A stretch of DNA of 64,000 nt from positions 24,804 through 88,803 of IMG/VR virus record IMGVR_UViG_3300006226_000014; one strand, given 5' to 3'. This DNA comes from a virus (Duplodnaviria; Heunggongvirae; Uroviricota; Caudoviricetes). How positions within the stretch are numbered: the first letter of the stretch is position 1; each line of letters opens with the position of its first letter. The notes beneath the pieces are model-generated. The model saw nothing but the letters and a program-made list of their open reading frames with translations, had not been told where the DNA came from and did no database searches. Made by a program: the position numbers and the translations under genes. Of the stretch, positions 25,767 through 35,661 are shown piece after piece.

Positions 25767-28700
25767 TTAATCTCCTATTTTATAATCAAATTTTGATATA
25801 TTATTTAAATCATAATTACCGTAATCTTTTTCTTGTTCTTTTACTGATTTTCTTCCACTTATTTTTAAATAATAAACACTTTGATCATCATCTATCTCTT
25901 TATCATCAGAAGAATAAACTAATGGATACTTACAAGCATATGATATAAATCTTGTTAAATTATAAAAAAAATTTTTTTTAGAAGCTGTTCCTCTTCGTTG
26001 ACTAAAATAACTAAATACTTTTTCTATTACTTCTTCATAATTTCCATTAGTTAAATAATTATAATATTTGTCGGCTGCGGTAAATAATTTTAAATCTTCT
26101 ACAGAATATTTTTGACGTATTGTTTCCCTAGCTTCTTCAATAGAAATATTTGAACCATTATTTTTCATTCTATTTTGTAAATTTTTAGCTAAAGAATTAA
26201 ATTTTCCATCTTTAATTCCTTTTGATTGATTATAAATACTATATATTTCATTATCTAAAATTTTTAAAGATAAATTTTTTATTTTTGGATCTAATTTTAA
26301 TAATGTTTTTAAACTATCAGAACCGCGGCCACCTGCGGCATCACTATCATGTAAAACTATTTGAAATCCAGCTGATTCTGTGCCAGATGATCTATAATCT
26401 AAAGTAATAAAACTTTTTGCTGATTTTAAATGATTTTCTTTATTTAAAAATATTTTTACATTAGCACCAGTATTTGTTGAAATAATATTTGAAATATTTT
26501 GTAAAGTATAATCTTTAGGAAAACTCTGGCCGCATCTAAAAGCTAAAAAGTATTCAGGATTAAGATCTGGTGAACCATGTGTTACAGCTGACATATGGGC
26601 CATTCCTTTAGTTTTCTTTAAAGAAATACCAACAACATCTCCAGAATTTAATAAATTATTCCATTGATTTTTATATTCAGAAGTGTTACTTAATTTTTGT
26701 AATTTTGTTGCTTCTGCCCAACCAGTTTTTGGAATTAAAATACAGTCAGATGGATTTATAGAATCTCTTTCAGAATCATCACCTTCACTTTTAGAAAATT
26801 GTTCATTAATTATTTTTTGTATTGTAGAAATATGAGAATTTCTTTTTTCATTTCCTAATTCAGCACTTACTCCATAAAATAATTCATTTCTATTAGGATG
26901 AATAACAATTGAGTTATTAAAATTAATATTTTTACCTTTATAAATATTGATTAAATCTTTTATAACATCATCATCAGTCATCTCATTTATAGATTTACTC
27001 CAATCATTTATAAATTTTTCATAATTTTTACTTGATAGTGTTTTTTTACAAATTAAACTAGATTTTTCATGAGTTATATCGTCTATATTTTCTGGAGCAC
27101 CAAATAATCTTCTTTCTAATAAATAAGAAACAATAGCTTCTTGAACATCTTGTACATATGAGGTTATATTTGTTATTTTCTCTTCTTCAATTTCTTCGTC
27201 TTCTTGTCCCGCTATCCAACCATTTATTTTTTTTCCAGTACCTTGTACTGGAAAGCCATCAAAAGTTCCCCAATTTTTTTTATTATTAATTGATAATTTT
27301 AATTTAGACAATTTTTCTTTATCTTCTTTATTTATATTTTCCATAAAAATAGTAATTTTATTATTTTCATTTTTTGCATCTTTTATACCAACTTGAAAAT
27401 TATCTCCTAAAATATCAGCTAATTTTATTGCAGATTGTTGTAATAAATTTAATTCTTCTTTTTCTCTTAAAGATTGTAAAAACTCAGAAATAAAATTTTC
27501 TTGTTCACTAATCCTAGTTTTAGTTTCAAATCCTTTCACAATATCAGCTGATCTATTAAACATACTAAAAGCTGATCTATCTACTAACTTAACAAAGTTA
27601 CCATCATTATCACTAACTACAAATCCCTCTCCACTAGTAGTCTTCATTCCACTTGATCTAGTTTGCACTTTAGTCATCCACTCATTAGACTTATTGAACT
27701 GGTCTATTAAGATCCCCTTGATGTAAGACGCCCAATATAGTCCATCTGCAATGTCTTGAATCAGTTGTTGATTTTCATTCACAAGATAATGTAACTCATT
27801 AGATGTAGACTTAATAGATAGCCGCTTATTATCTCGGCCCTTCTTAGTTTTAAGCTTATCGAGGCCCATATAGTTTCGTCGCATTTTAGTAGTTATCCAA
27901 TCATGCAACTCTTCTACAAATATCTCAGGTTCTATTTCTTCACCTTTGTCTACTTTATGGTTCTGTAATGTCATAAAATAGAACTGAATGAAGTCATCAT
28001 TGCGAACAAGTTCTTCATAACTATCATGAGCCAAAATCTTCTCGCATCGCTTTTCTAATTCAGTTATGCTATTCTTTAGTCCGTCTGAATCTTTCTTACT
28101 CATAGACACCTTACCAGATAAGTCAGGTAATCGAGCATCTATCACAAAAGCCCAAGATGGTACATTATTCAGTTCTTCTACTTTGGTATCATTTGATTGT
28201 CGTCTGTTTTCGTTATAACGAGTGTGAAATACGATACCAATTTCAGAATTAGCAATTCGTTGACCTAAGTCAGAATCTGCTGGCGCGGCATAGACTATCG
28301 TATTAGGTTGTACATACACCAATTTCTCACCGTCTTCAATATGTGTCTTTTGGTCACCTTGAGTCCAGAGTAGATCACCTTGCCAAATTTGATTAGGTGG
28401 AATGATAGATTGCTGGGCTAATTTCAATGCTGTTTTCAATTTAGCTTGCAACTCAGGAGATCGGCTATCTGCATCTATATCTTCATCAGATTGATAGAAC
28501 TTAGGATTGACATTAAAGACAGATTTAGTAGACACAGCTGGGCCTGGAAAGTCTGGATAAGAAGTCCACATTGTAATGGCTGGAGCGCCATCCCATTTGA
28601 CCGTTGGTCTAGGTTGAGAAGCATCAGATGATCCTTCTACAATAGATAGGGCATGATTAAGAAAATTAATCATTCGTTCGACATATTCTGGTCCTTTTAG

Positions 28701-28775
28701 TAAAGAATCCTCAAGATGTAGGCTGTGAGTATCTTCTTGAAGCTTAATAGCGTCATATCTTTCTTTAAGTGTCAT
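25767..28775 (-). CDS. 1002-aa protein with an N-terminal Rnl1-like RNA ligase nucleotidyltransferase domain and a C-terminal N/K-rich extension of about 550 aa of unknown function.
   Basis: Motif I TVKWDGAP (KxDG). EGFVVSDNDGNFVKLVDRS is comparable to T4 Rnl1 EGYVAVMKDGSHFKIKS (motifs IV and V). The C-terminal half is encoded by much more AT-rich DNA (25767-27400). Confidence 0.5.
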   Translation of the reverse strand: MTLKERYDAIKLQEDTHSLHLEDSLLKGPEYVERMINFLNHALSIVEGSSDASQPRPTVKWDGAPAITMWTSYPDFPGPAVSTKSVFNVNPKFYQSDEDIDADSRSPELQAKLKTALKLAQQSIIPPNQIWQGDLLWTQGDQKTHIEDGEKLVYVQPNTIVYAAPADSDLGQRIANSEIGIVFHTRYNENRRQSNDTKVEELNNVPSWAFVIDARLPDLSGKVSMSKKDSDGLKNSITELEKRCEKILAHDSYEELVRNDDFIQFYFMTLQNHKVDKGEEIEPEIFVEELHDWITTKMRRNYMGLDKLKTKKGRDNKRLSIKSTSNELHYLVNENQQLIQDIADGLYWASYIKGILIDQFNKSNEWMTKVQTRSSGMKTTSGEGFVVSDNDGNFVKLVDRSAFSMFNRSADIVKGFETKTRISEQENFISEFLQSLREKEELNLLQQSAIKLADILGDNFQVGIKDAKNENNKITIFMENINKEDKEKLSKLKLSINNKKNWGTFDGFPVQGTGKKINGWIAGQEDEEIEEEKITNITSYVQDVQEAIVSYLLERRLFGAPENIDDITHEKSSLICKKTLSSKNYEKFINDWSKSINEMTDDDVIKDLINIYKGKNINFNNSIVIHPNRNELFYGVSAELGNEKRNSHISTIQKIINEQFSKSEGDDSERDSINPSDCILIPKTGWAEATKLQKLSNTSEYKNQWNNLLNSGDVVGISLKKTKGMAHMSAVTHGSPDLNPEYFLAFRCGQSFPKDYTLQNISNIISTNTGANVKIFLNKENHLKSAKSFITLDYRSSGTESAGFQIVLHDSDAAGGRGSDSLKTLLKLDPKIKNLSLKILDNEIYSIYNQSKGIKDGKFNSLAKNLQNRMKNNGSNISIEEARETIRQKYSVEDLKLFTAADKYYNYLTNGNYEEVIEKVFSYFSQRRGTASKKNFFYNLTRFISYACKYPLVYSSDDKEIDDDQSVYYLKISGRKSVKEQEKDYGNYDLNNISKFDYKIGD

Positions 28776-28930
28776 AATAATTAGTTACAGATTGGTGAAA
28801 GATAAGAAGTATACAAAACATAACAGTTTCTCGAACCGTTTACTCGTGAAATCTGAAAAGACTAAATTTATCTTTAAAAATGTAAGAAAACATTAGTAAA
28901 CAGTTTGTTTAACGTAAAGCTAAATACAGT

Positions 28931-28985
28931 ATTTTGAACAGATAAATTATCTTTCTTATATAATATAAGTAAGGGAGATTAAAGA
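28931..28985 (+). promoter_or_regulatory. Conserved promoter-leader cassette, copy 2.
   Basis: TTGAAC at 28934-28939, N17, TATATAATATA, aGTAAGGGAGATT, ATG at 28986. Confidence 0.6.
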
Positions 28986-29315
28986 ATGAGAAAAGGGTAC
29001 ATTCCTTCTACTATGAAAGTGGAAGATTTTTGCGAAAAATACGGTTTTGTAGAAATAACTACTAAAAAGATGGAAGGCCGGCAATGGTCCAATGGAAAGA
29101 TCAACATTGGCTGGACGAATAATTGGTACCTTTACAGTTACAAAACTGGTTCTGGCGTCTTTAATCATTATATGCTTCGCAGTTTCTTTTTTGAAAATGA
29201 AGACAAATATCCCGCAGCTTTCAAAGTCTTTAAAGAAAGAAGCGATGATATGACAATTTTTGAGTTCATTCTTGGCTATTTGGATCAGTTCCCTCGCAAA
29301 GCGATGTTCAGTTAA
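28986..29315 (+). CDS. Hypothetical protein (109 aa).
   Basis: Track ORF 5 nt after the cassette leader. Confidence 0.55.
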   Translation: MRKGYIPSTMKVEDFCEKYGFVEITTKKMEGRQWSNGKINIGWTNNWYLYSYKTGSGVFNHYMLRSFFFENEDKYPAAFKVFKERSDDMTIFEFILGYLDQFPRKAMFS

Positions 29316-29335
29316 TCTAATAAAAGGAGAGTAAT

Positions 29336-30676
29336 ATGGCCCACCCCTATATGAAGAGCATTATAGACAAGTTTTACGAAATAGAAGGTACTCAAGGTAC
29401 CAATGCTAAAAAGGCTGTACTTGAGAAGTATCGTACTGATGAAGCTTTCAAATATGTCTTGCAGTGGTACTTTAATAATCTTATCGTAACTGGGTTGAAA
29501 ACAGCCAAAATTGATAAGTCATTCTTAACTATCAAAGGTGGCGAAAAGGCCCTCGGTTTCTCTGAAGATGAGATGGACGATATGAAAACTTGGGGCATAA
29601 TCGACTTGCTCCAGTATTTAGAAGAAAACAACACTGGCCGTGATATGGATGCTCTTGTAGTACTCTATGTCGCTGGGCTTTATGACCAAAAAACTCGTGA
29701 AGGTATAATTCGCATAGCCACTAAATCTTGGGACAAAGGCCTCGGAATTGGCCGGACTATCTGCAATAATGTCTATGGCGATACTTTTCTACCCATTCAC
29801 GAAGTAATGCTTTGTGCTTCCTATTTTGATAATCCTGACTATTACATCGGACAAACATTTGGATATCAAGTTAAGCTGGATGGATTCCGCATGACTATCT
29901 TTAAGAAAGGCGATAAGATTACTGTTCTGTCTCGCTCTGGAAAAGATCAAACTGGCAAGTTCCCTCTAATTGAAGAAGATGTTCGCAAGGCCTTCAAAGG
30001 ACAGAATGTTGTTCTCGATGGCGAGCGGATGCCTATCGGCTTTATGGAAATGGATAGCAAACAGCAATACAAACTTGTTAGCAACTCTACTAAAAAGGGC
30101 GGAAGCACCGAAGTCTGCTTGGCAGTGTATGACTATATGCCTCTTAAGGATTGGGAAAATCGTAAAAGCACAATGACTTATAGTGAGCGCTATTCTGCTT
30201 ATCAGTCTGTATTGACTTCTAAGCCAGGTGTTCCTAAATATGAATATCTGTTTCCTCTTCCTTGTATGTATATCGGTGATGACATTGGCCAAATAGAAGC
30301 CGGCCTCGCTTGGGCTAAAGAAAACGAAAAAGAAGGAATCATCGTAAAAGATATGGCTGGCTTTTATGAATGGGACAGAACAATAGCGTGTGCTAAAGTC
30401 AAATCATTCTTTGATATGGACGTCGTAATTACCGATATGACAGAAGGCAAAGGAAAGCTCAAAGGTGCAGTTGGTGCTCTCTATTTTGACTATAAAGGTA
30501 ACAAAGTAAAAGTTGGAACCGGTCTTAAAGAAGAACAGCGCTTCGAAATGTGGAACAATAAGAAAGCATATATTGGTAAGACAATGGAGATTGTCTACTT
30601 CGAGGAGACGACTAATAAGGCAGGCGGAACAAGCTTAAGGTTCCCAGTGTTCAAGTGCATAAAAAACGGTGATTAA
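29336..30676 (+). CDS. ATP-dependent DNA ligase.
   Basis: Motif I YQVKLDGFR (KxDGxR); motif III VVLDGER; motif IV EGIIVK; a C-terminal OB-like region. Confidence 0.85.
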   Translation: MAHPYMKSIIDKFYEIEGTQGTNAKKAVLEKYRTDEAFKYVLQWYFNNLIVTGLKTAKIDKSFLTIKGGEKALGFSEDEMDDMKTWGIIDLLQYLEENNTGRDMDALVVLYVAGLYDQKTREGIIRIATKSWDKGLGIGRTICNNVYGDTFLPIHEVMLCASYFDNPDYYIGQTFGYQVKLDGFRMTIFKKGDKITVLSRSGKDQTGKFPLIEEDVRKAFKGQNVVLDGERMPIGFMEMDSKQQYKLVSNSTKKGGSTEVCLAVYDYMPLKDWENRKSTMTYSERYSAYQSVLTSKPGVPKYEYLFPLPCMYIGDDIGQIEAGLAWAKENEKEGIIVKDMAGFYEWDRTIACAKVKSFFDMDVVITDMTEGKGKLKGAVGALYFDYKGNKVKVGTGLKEEQRFEMWNNKKAYIGKTMEIVYFEETTNKAGGTSLRFPVFKCIKNGD

Positions 30677-30895
30677 ATGAATAAAGATTACTATCAAAGT
30701 TATCATTTGTATAAGCTTAAAGGTCAACTTACTTCAGCTGAGTCAAAATTAGCTCAATATGAAGCTGATGGCTGTTCTGATACAGTTTTAGCTCATCAAA
30801 TGGTTAACATATTTGAATTAAGATCAGAATTAAGTAAGTTCTCAAAGTATCTTATTAAGCAAGATGAGATAGAAAGAGGTGAACTTCTTGACTAA
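30677..30895 (+). CDS. Hypothetical protein (72 aa).
   Basis: Track ORF; ATGA overlap with the ligase stop. Confidence 0.45.
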   Translation: MNKDYYQSYHLYKLKGQLTSAESKLAQYEADGCSDTVLAHQMVNIFELRSELSKFSKYLIKQDEIERGELLD

Positions 30896-31121
30896 AGTTT
30901 ATTTAAGTAACAACATATCAGATTCAACTAAAATAGACGTTCAAGTTGATTATGACGAGTTTGATCCTAATGTTGAAAATTGGCAATTTTATTATAACGA
31001 TAATCCTTTTGATAAAGATATAATAGGAACACTAGACTTAATAAAGGTATCAATACAAAATGATGTTAACAGAGAACGAGAAAAAATCAAAGAACAAAGA
31101 CGATGGGAATTATTCGATTGA
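30879..31121 (+). CDS. Hypothetical protein; the start is a non-ATG (GTG or TTG) codon and is uncertain.
   Basis: Track ORF with no in-frame ATG. Confidence 0.3.
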   Translation: MNFLTKVYLSNNISDSTKIDVQVDYDEFDPNVENWQFYYNDNPFDKDIIGTLDLIKVSIQNDVNREREKIKEQRRWELFD

Positions 31122-31293
31122 CTATAACAAAACGCCTATGCCATTTGAGTTATTTGCTCAAATGATATTAGTTGTTTTTGAAAAAAAGCAAATGTCTAAA
31201 AGACATTTAGAAGAAGCTTATGAAATCTATTTGAAAGGTTTTGATAATCTATTATCAGATGAGGAATGGGAAAAAGTATATGGCCGAAAATGA
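31060..31293 (+). CDS. Hypothetical protein; start uncertain (alternative ATG at 31138).
   Basis: Track ORF; overlaps its neighbours. Confidence 0.3.
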   Translation: MMLTENEKKSKNKDDGNYSIDYNKTPMPFELFAQMILVVFEKKQMSKRHLEEAYEIYLKGFDNLLSDEEWEKVYGRK

Positions 31294-31486
31294 AGCAACT
31301 ATTAAGAACTTTATGGAAGTTCTAAACATTTTAGGTAGTGGATATATGCCAACATTAGATGATATGATTAAAGAATCAACTCAAAGAATTCAATACGAAT
31401 TTGACAAAGAAAAAGCAATAAAAGAATCAAAAAACTCTGAGTTATTATCAGATGAAGAATACTTAAATTATTTCAAGGAGAAGTAA
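31280..31486 (+). CDS. Hypothetical protein (68 aa).
   Basis: Internal ATG (MAENEATIK) of track ORF 31241, chosen to limit overlap. Confidence 0.4.
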   Translation: MAENEATIKNFMEVLNILGSGYMPTLDDMIKESTQRIQYEFDKEKAIKESKNSELLSDEEYLNYFKEK

Positions 31487-32518
31487 ATGGAAGAAAAGAA
31501 AAAGAAGTTCTTTACTAAGGAAGTAAAGTATCGAAGCGGAGATGTTGAAACTGTTCCTAACACAGCCAACATAATCAAGTTTGGTGTAGGAGCAATACTA
31601 TTCATTATTCTTATATTAGTACTATGGCCATTTAAAGTTATAGGACCTACAGAACGTGGGGTTGTTAAAACATTTGGTGAAGTACAAGAAAGAATATTAG
31701 AGCCCGGCCTAAGAATTAAGGCGCCAATTGCTCAAAGTATTACTACATACGACTTAACTCCTACAAAAGCAAATGTCAACATTCCAATTAGTGATAAAGA
31801 TGATACAAAAGCAGCTATCACTGTAGAACAGCAACCAGTTGGTGTTGAAGGCTTTTATGCTTGGATATATGATGAAACTAAAATCCTTGATATAGCACGA
31901 AATTATAGTTCACTATCTAGGTTGCGTGAATTAGTAGACTCTGAAATATTGTCTGCAATTAGGCAAACGATTGGTAGATATCCTATTGTGAATCTTATTC
32001 CAGATCAAGAGCGTATATCTCAAGAAGCCAGAGATCAAGCATTACGGAACTTAACAATTGCTCGCATACCAGTACTCATAACACAGCTTCAATTGAATAA
32101 CTGGGATTGGTCAGCTGACTATCAGGAAATGATTCAACAAACTATGACAATGAAACAGAATGCTCAAAAAGCTGAAGCAGAGTTACGAATGATAGAACAG
32201 ACAACTCAGCAAGATCGTATCCGAGCAGAAGCAACTGCAGCTGCAAATATTGCAGCAGCGGAAGGTAGACTAAGAGCTGCTGAATTAGATGCACAAGCAA
32301 CAGTAGCTAAAGCAAATGGTGAAAGAGATGCAGCTATTGCAACAGCAGAAGGACGTAACCGAGCTAACGCACTTATCGCACAAAATATGCAAACTGAAAT
32401 TAGGTTAAGAGAACTTGAGATTGCATTGACAGAAGCTGGTAGATGGAATGGAAGAAGAGTTCCTGACTATGTACCGCTTAATCCAGCTGGTGGTATAGTA
32501 ACACTTCCAGGTAGATAG
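31487..32518 (+). CDS. SPFH/band-7 (prohibitin/HflKC/stomatin-like) membrane protein.
   Basis: N-terminal transmembrane helix. GPTERGVVKTFGEVQERILEPGLRIKAPI is the SPFH hallmark. Long Ala/Gln-rich coiled-coil C-terminus. Confidence 0.65.
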   Translation: MEEKKKKFFTKEVKYRSGDVETVPNTANIIKFGVGAILFIILILVLWPFKVIGPTERGVVKTFGEVQERILEPGLRIKAPIAQSITTYDLTPTKANVNIPISDKDDTKAAITVEQQPVGVEGFYAWIYDETKILDIARNYSSLSRLRELVDSEILSAIRQTIGRYPIVNLIPDQERISQEARDQALRNLTIARIPVLITQLQLNNWDWSADYQEMIQQTMTMKQNAQKAEAELRMIEQTTQQDRIRAEATAAANIAAAEGRLRAAELDAQATVAKANGERDAAIATAEGRNRANALIAQNMQTEIRLRELEIALTEAGRWNGRRVPDYVPLNPAGGIVTLPGR

Positions 32519-32526
32519 ACTAACAT

Positions 32527-32558
32527 ACGGGAGGAGCGAGAGTTCCTCCCTATTGTTA
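32527..32558 (+). terminator. Rho-independent terminator after the SPFH gene.
   Basis: GGGAGGA-gcgagagt-TCCTCCC followed by TATTGTT. Confidence 0.5.
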
Positions 32559-32580
32559 ATCTATTTATAGGAGAAAATTA

Positions 32581-32937
32581 ATGAAAATACGAACAGGATT
32601 TGTTAGTAACTCGTCTTCGAGTTCATTCTGCATTTTTGGAGTTTATCTAGATTCAGAAGAGATAGACGATGTCTTTGGCTTTGAATATGATACTGAATCC
32701 GATGATAGAAAAGATGACGAGCGCTGGAATAAAGTAGAAAGTTTGGGTTTTGACTATTATGGTCCAAATGATTATTGGGACGGTTATTACATTGGTGTAG
32801 AAGTATCAGAATGTCCAGATGACCAAACTATGGGCGACTTTAAGAAATCAATTATAGAAAAGATCAATGCTAAAGCTAAGAATCAATTAGATCAAAGAGC
32901 ATTTAGTATAATGTCCCAAGGATGGTATAATGGCTAA
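32581..32937 (+). CDS. GFVSNSSSSSF-leader family member 5 (118 aa).
   Basis: N-terminus MKIRTGFVSNSSSSSFCIF; acidic body. Confidence 0.7.
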   Translation: MKIRTGFVSNSSSSSFCIFGVYLDSEEIDDVFGFEYDTESDDRKDDERWNKVESLGFDYYGPNDYWDGYYIGVEVSECPDDQTMGDFKKSIIEKINAKAKNQLDQRAFSIMSQGWYNG

Positions 32938-33808
32938 CCCCCGCTATTCGGCGAGTCGTTTTGGTTGCTTCAGCTCATGTCTTACTAAATACAAGCTCGT
33001 TTATATTGATGAACTTGTAGTTACTGGTAAAGAGATTGCAGTACAAGCTAAAGGTCTCGCTTTTCATCACATTGCTGAGTTCATGGACTCTACCAAAACA
33101 TTAGAAGAACTCACTGCTAAAGCTAAAGAGATATTAGAAGGCGAAACTTTTGATCAAGAGAAGTATCCAGTCATCAAAGCAATACCTCGATTCTATATGT
33201 GGTGGCATGAGTACATTACTAAATGGGAAGCAGAAGGATTCACATTAGCAAAAGAACAATGGGAGTATTCAGCTATAGACAAAAAGTCAATAGTTGGCGC
33301 AATGGATATCCAATTAGTTAACGAAGCAACTAAAGAAGCTATCATCATAGACTTCAAAACAGGTGCTACTGCTAAAATAGACGGCTATGAGAATCAGCTT
33401 ATGTTGTATGCTTATATGATGAAGAATAAGTTGAAGACAAAGTATAACAAGATACGAACGTATGCTTTCTTTCCAATGGCAGCGCTAAAAGATGAAGACA
33501 TAGATAACCCAGAATCAACTCGCAAGTATATGCTCAAGGCATTTAAGCAGCTTATCTTTACAGAAGACCAAGTCAAAGATATGCTGGATCATTTTAAGAT
33601 TGTCATTAAGAAAACTGATGAAGAAGATTGGTCCAATTTAGATCTATTAAAGAATGCGACAATGAGTTACTCTTGCTCATGGTGTGACTTTTGTGGTCAT
33701 CCTAAATTATGTCCAGCAACATATCAAGCTGGATTTAAGTTCCCCAGGAAATGCAAAGTGATGACAAAGGCTGAACTTAAAGAATTAGAAAAGGCTGAAC
33801 AAACTTAA
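32930..33808 (+). CDS. Cas4/RecB-family PD-(D/E)xK exonuclease with a four-Cys Fe-S cluster.
   Basis: N-terminal Cys (SRFGCFSSC), IDFKTG (the D-x-K of motif III), QLMLY (QxxxY), C-terminus CSWCDFCGHPKLC. Confidence 0.6.
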   Translation: MANPRYSASRFGCFSSCLTKYKLVYIDELVVTGKEIAVQAKGLAFHHIAEFMDSTKTLEELTAKAKEILEGETFDQEKYPVIKAIPRFYMWWHEYITKWEAEGFTLAKEQWEYSAIDKKSIVGAMDIQLVNEATKEAIIIDFKTGATAKIDGYENQLMLYAYMMKNKLKTKYNKIRTYAFFPMAALKDEDIDNPESTRKYMLKAFKQLIFTEDQVKDMLDHFKIVIKKTDEEDWSNLDLLKNATMSYSCSWCDFCGHPKLCPATYQAGFKFPRKCKVMTKAELKELEKAEQT

Positions 33809-33830
33809 TCTTTACAATTAACTAACTATT

Positions 33831-35468
33831 ATGAGTAAGTTAAATGAAGATTGGGACCCCGCTTTAGATGATTTAAGCTTTGAAGATGAATTAGCCCTAT
33901 ATGATGCTCCATATATCCCAGGAGAAGAAACGGATTGGGCTGCTTATGGTAATGATGAGGATGAAATGATAGACGACATGCCTATTGATGATTTTGAATA
34001 TGATGCAGTAGGTGATATAGAATCAGATTATCATCCGCTATTTGAAGCACAAGTATTATCAATATTCAAAGACAATAAGCCATTGACACGAGTTAATCCC
34101 GGAAGTGAACAAGATATAGATCAAGCCTTAGGAATATTAGCCAGAAATCCTGGTAGCATAATGAAGCCTATTCAAGAAAGCAAATTATCAGAAGGCATAT
34201 TTAGTTCTGTTAAGCCAAAAGTTGGTACTGTTACTGGTCGTATTTTCAAAGTAATCGACAGAACAGGTAAAGCCGTAGAAGCTGTATTTACTAATCTAAA
34301 GAATGAAGTAGATAGATACAACAATAAGACAAAGATCGGATTGAACTTTGCTAAAGGAGAATTTTCGGGTGGTGATAAAGAAGCTACTGAAAAAGCTATT
34401 CGTTATGTTATGAGTAGACCTGGCACTTTTATCACTTGTGCACAAAATTCTGCTGGTAGAGTTGTTGAATCTATTAAAGAATACGAAGAATATTTGTTAA
34501 GAGAAAATCTTAAAGACACTATATTTGGAAAAGAAGACTGGCACGGTGATAGAGACTGGGGTAGGACAAAACGACGATTCAAAGCTGCGGTTGCTTCTGG
34601 CAAAAACCCAGTAGATAAGTTCTTAAAAGGTGCTGGTCGTGTTGGCCACGAACTACTGGGTGGTGATATGTGGGACGATATGTCTGAATATATTGATGAC
34701 TACATTGAAGGAAGAGGTCCTTATGCTTATGATCCAAAGTACACTGCAGAATCACAACGAAAACATAGAGTTTGGGAGTTGAAAGATTCTTTAGGTAAAA
34801 GAGCAGGTGACTGGAAAGAACCAAAATTAGTACCTATTGAAAATGCTAAGTTAACTGAAGCTTTTGAAGAAGACAAAATTTTTGATTTAGCTTATGGTTA
34901 TTGGGAAAATGAACCACAAATGGGACATGATGGAATAGCTGTTGCTATTAGTGATGAATTCCCAGAAGAAGATTTCCAACTTATCTATAATATTGTAGAC
35001 GATGCGCGATTAGCAGTTGCACGACCAATAAGAGAGGGCGGACCTCGTAAGAATATAGATTACGAAGGAATAGCCCATCAGTTCTGTCTCATTAAAGATC
35101 CAGTAGCTAGACAAGCTGCATGTGATAAGTTGTTTGATCTAATTAAGTCTAAGAATACTGAAACAGCTGAAAAAGAAGCTAAGAAAGCAATGAAGGCTGC
35201 TAATAAAGCACAAGTTGCTGCAACAGCTGCACAACAAACTTTAACTGAAAGAAAATTAAATGAAATGACTGCTAAATGTGATTGTTGTAATAAAGCATTT
35301 AGTTCAAAAGATGGTGGGATAACAACAACTGTGTATGATTCATATATTGGATCAGAAAGACCAGTTGACTTTTGTGAATCATGCACTGTTGATATTCTAG
35401 GTGATGAATATTGGAATCTAGATGAAGATGAAATTAGAAGAATAGTGGAGGATGAGTATTTTGAATAA
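33831..35468 (+). CDS. Hypothetical protein (545 aa) with an acidic N-terminus and a C-terminal Cys4 motif.
   Basis: Track ORF. ATG preceded by AACTAACTATT. CDCCN ... CESC near the C-terminus. Confidence 0.55.
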   Translation: MSKLNEDWDPALDDLSFEDELALYDAPYIPGEETDWAAYGNDEDEMIDDMPIDDFEYDAVGDIESDYHPLFEAQVLSIFKDNKPLTRVNPGSEQDIDQALGILARNPGSIMKPIQESKLSEGIFSSVKPKVGTVTGRIFKVIDRTGKAVEAVFTNLKNEVDRYNNKTKIGLNFAKGEFSGGDKEATEKAIRYVMSRPGTFITCAQNSAGRVVESIKEYEEYLLRENLKDTIFGKEDWHGDRDWGRTKRRFKAAVASGKNPVDKFLKGAGRVGHELLGGDMWDDMSEYIDDYIEGRGPYAYDPKYTAESQRKHRVWELKDSLGKRAGDWKEPKLVPIENAKLTEAFEEDKIFDLAYGYWENEPQMGHDGIAVAISDEFPEEDFQLIYNIVDDARLAVARPIREGGPRKNIDYEGIAHQFCLIKDPVARQAACDKLFDLIKSKNTETAEKEAKKAMKAANKAQVAATAAQQTLTERKLNEMTAKCDCCNKAFSSKDGGITTTVYDSYIGSERPVDFCESCTVDILGDEYWNLDEDEIRRIVEDEYFE

Positions 35469-35661
35469 ATTATTTGAAGAAATCTATAAAGGAAATCAAT
35501 TAAAAGAATCAAGATATCAGTTTTTAGAAACTGATTATTTAGGTGAAGTAAACGAATATACAGCTAAAACAGAACTCCAATTACTTGAATACGTAAAAGA
35601 TTTTATAGAGAGTTCTAAAGCTTCTTCTGGACCTACAGAATTTACTGTAAAGAGAATATAG
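35452..35661 (+). CDS. Hypothetical small protein (LFEEIY near the N-terminus).
   Basis: Track ORF. Confidence 0.4.
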   Translation: MSILNKLFEEIYKGNQLKESRYQFLETDYLGEVNEYTAKTELQLLEYVKDFIESSKASSGPTEFTVKRI

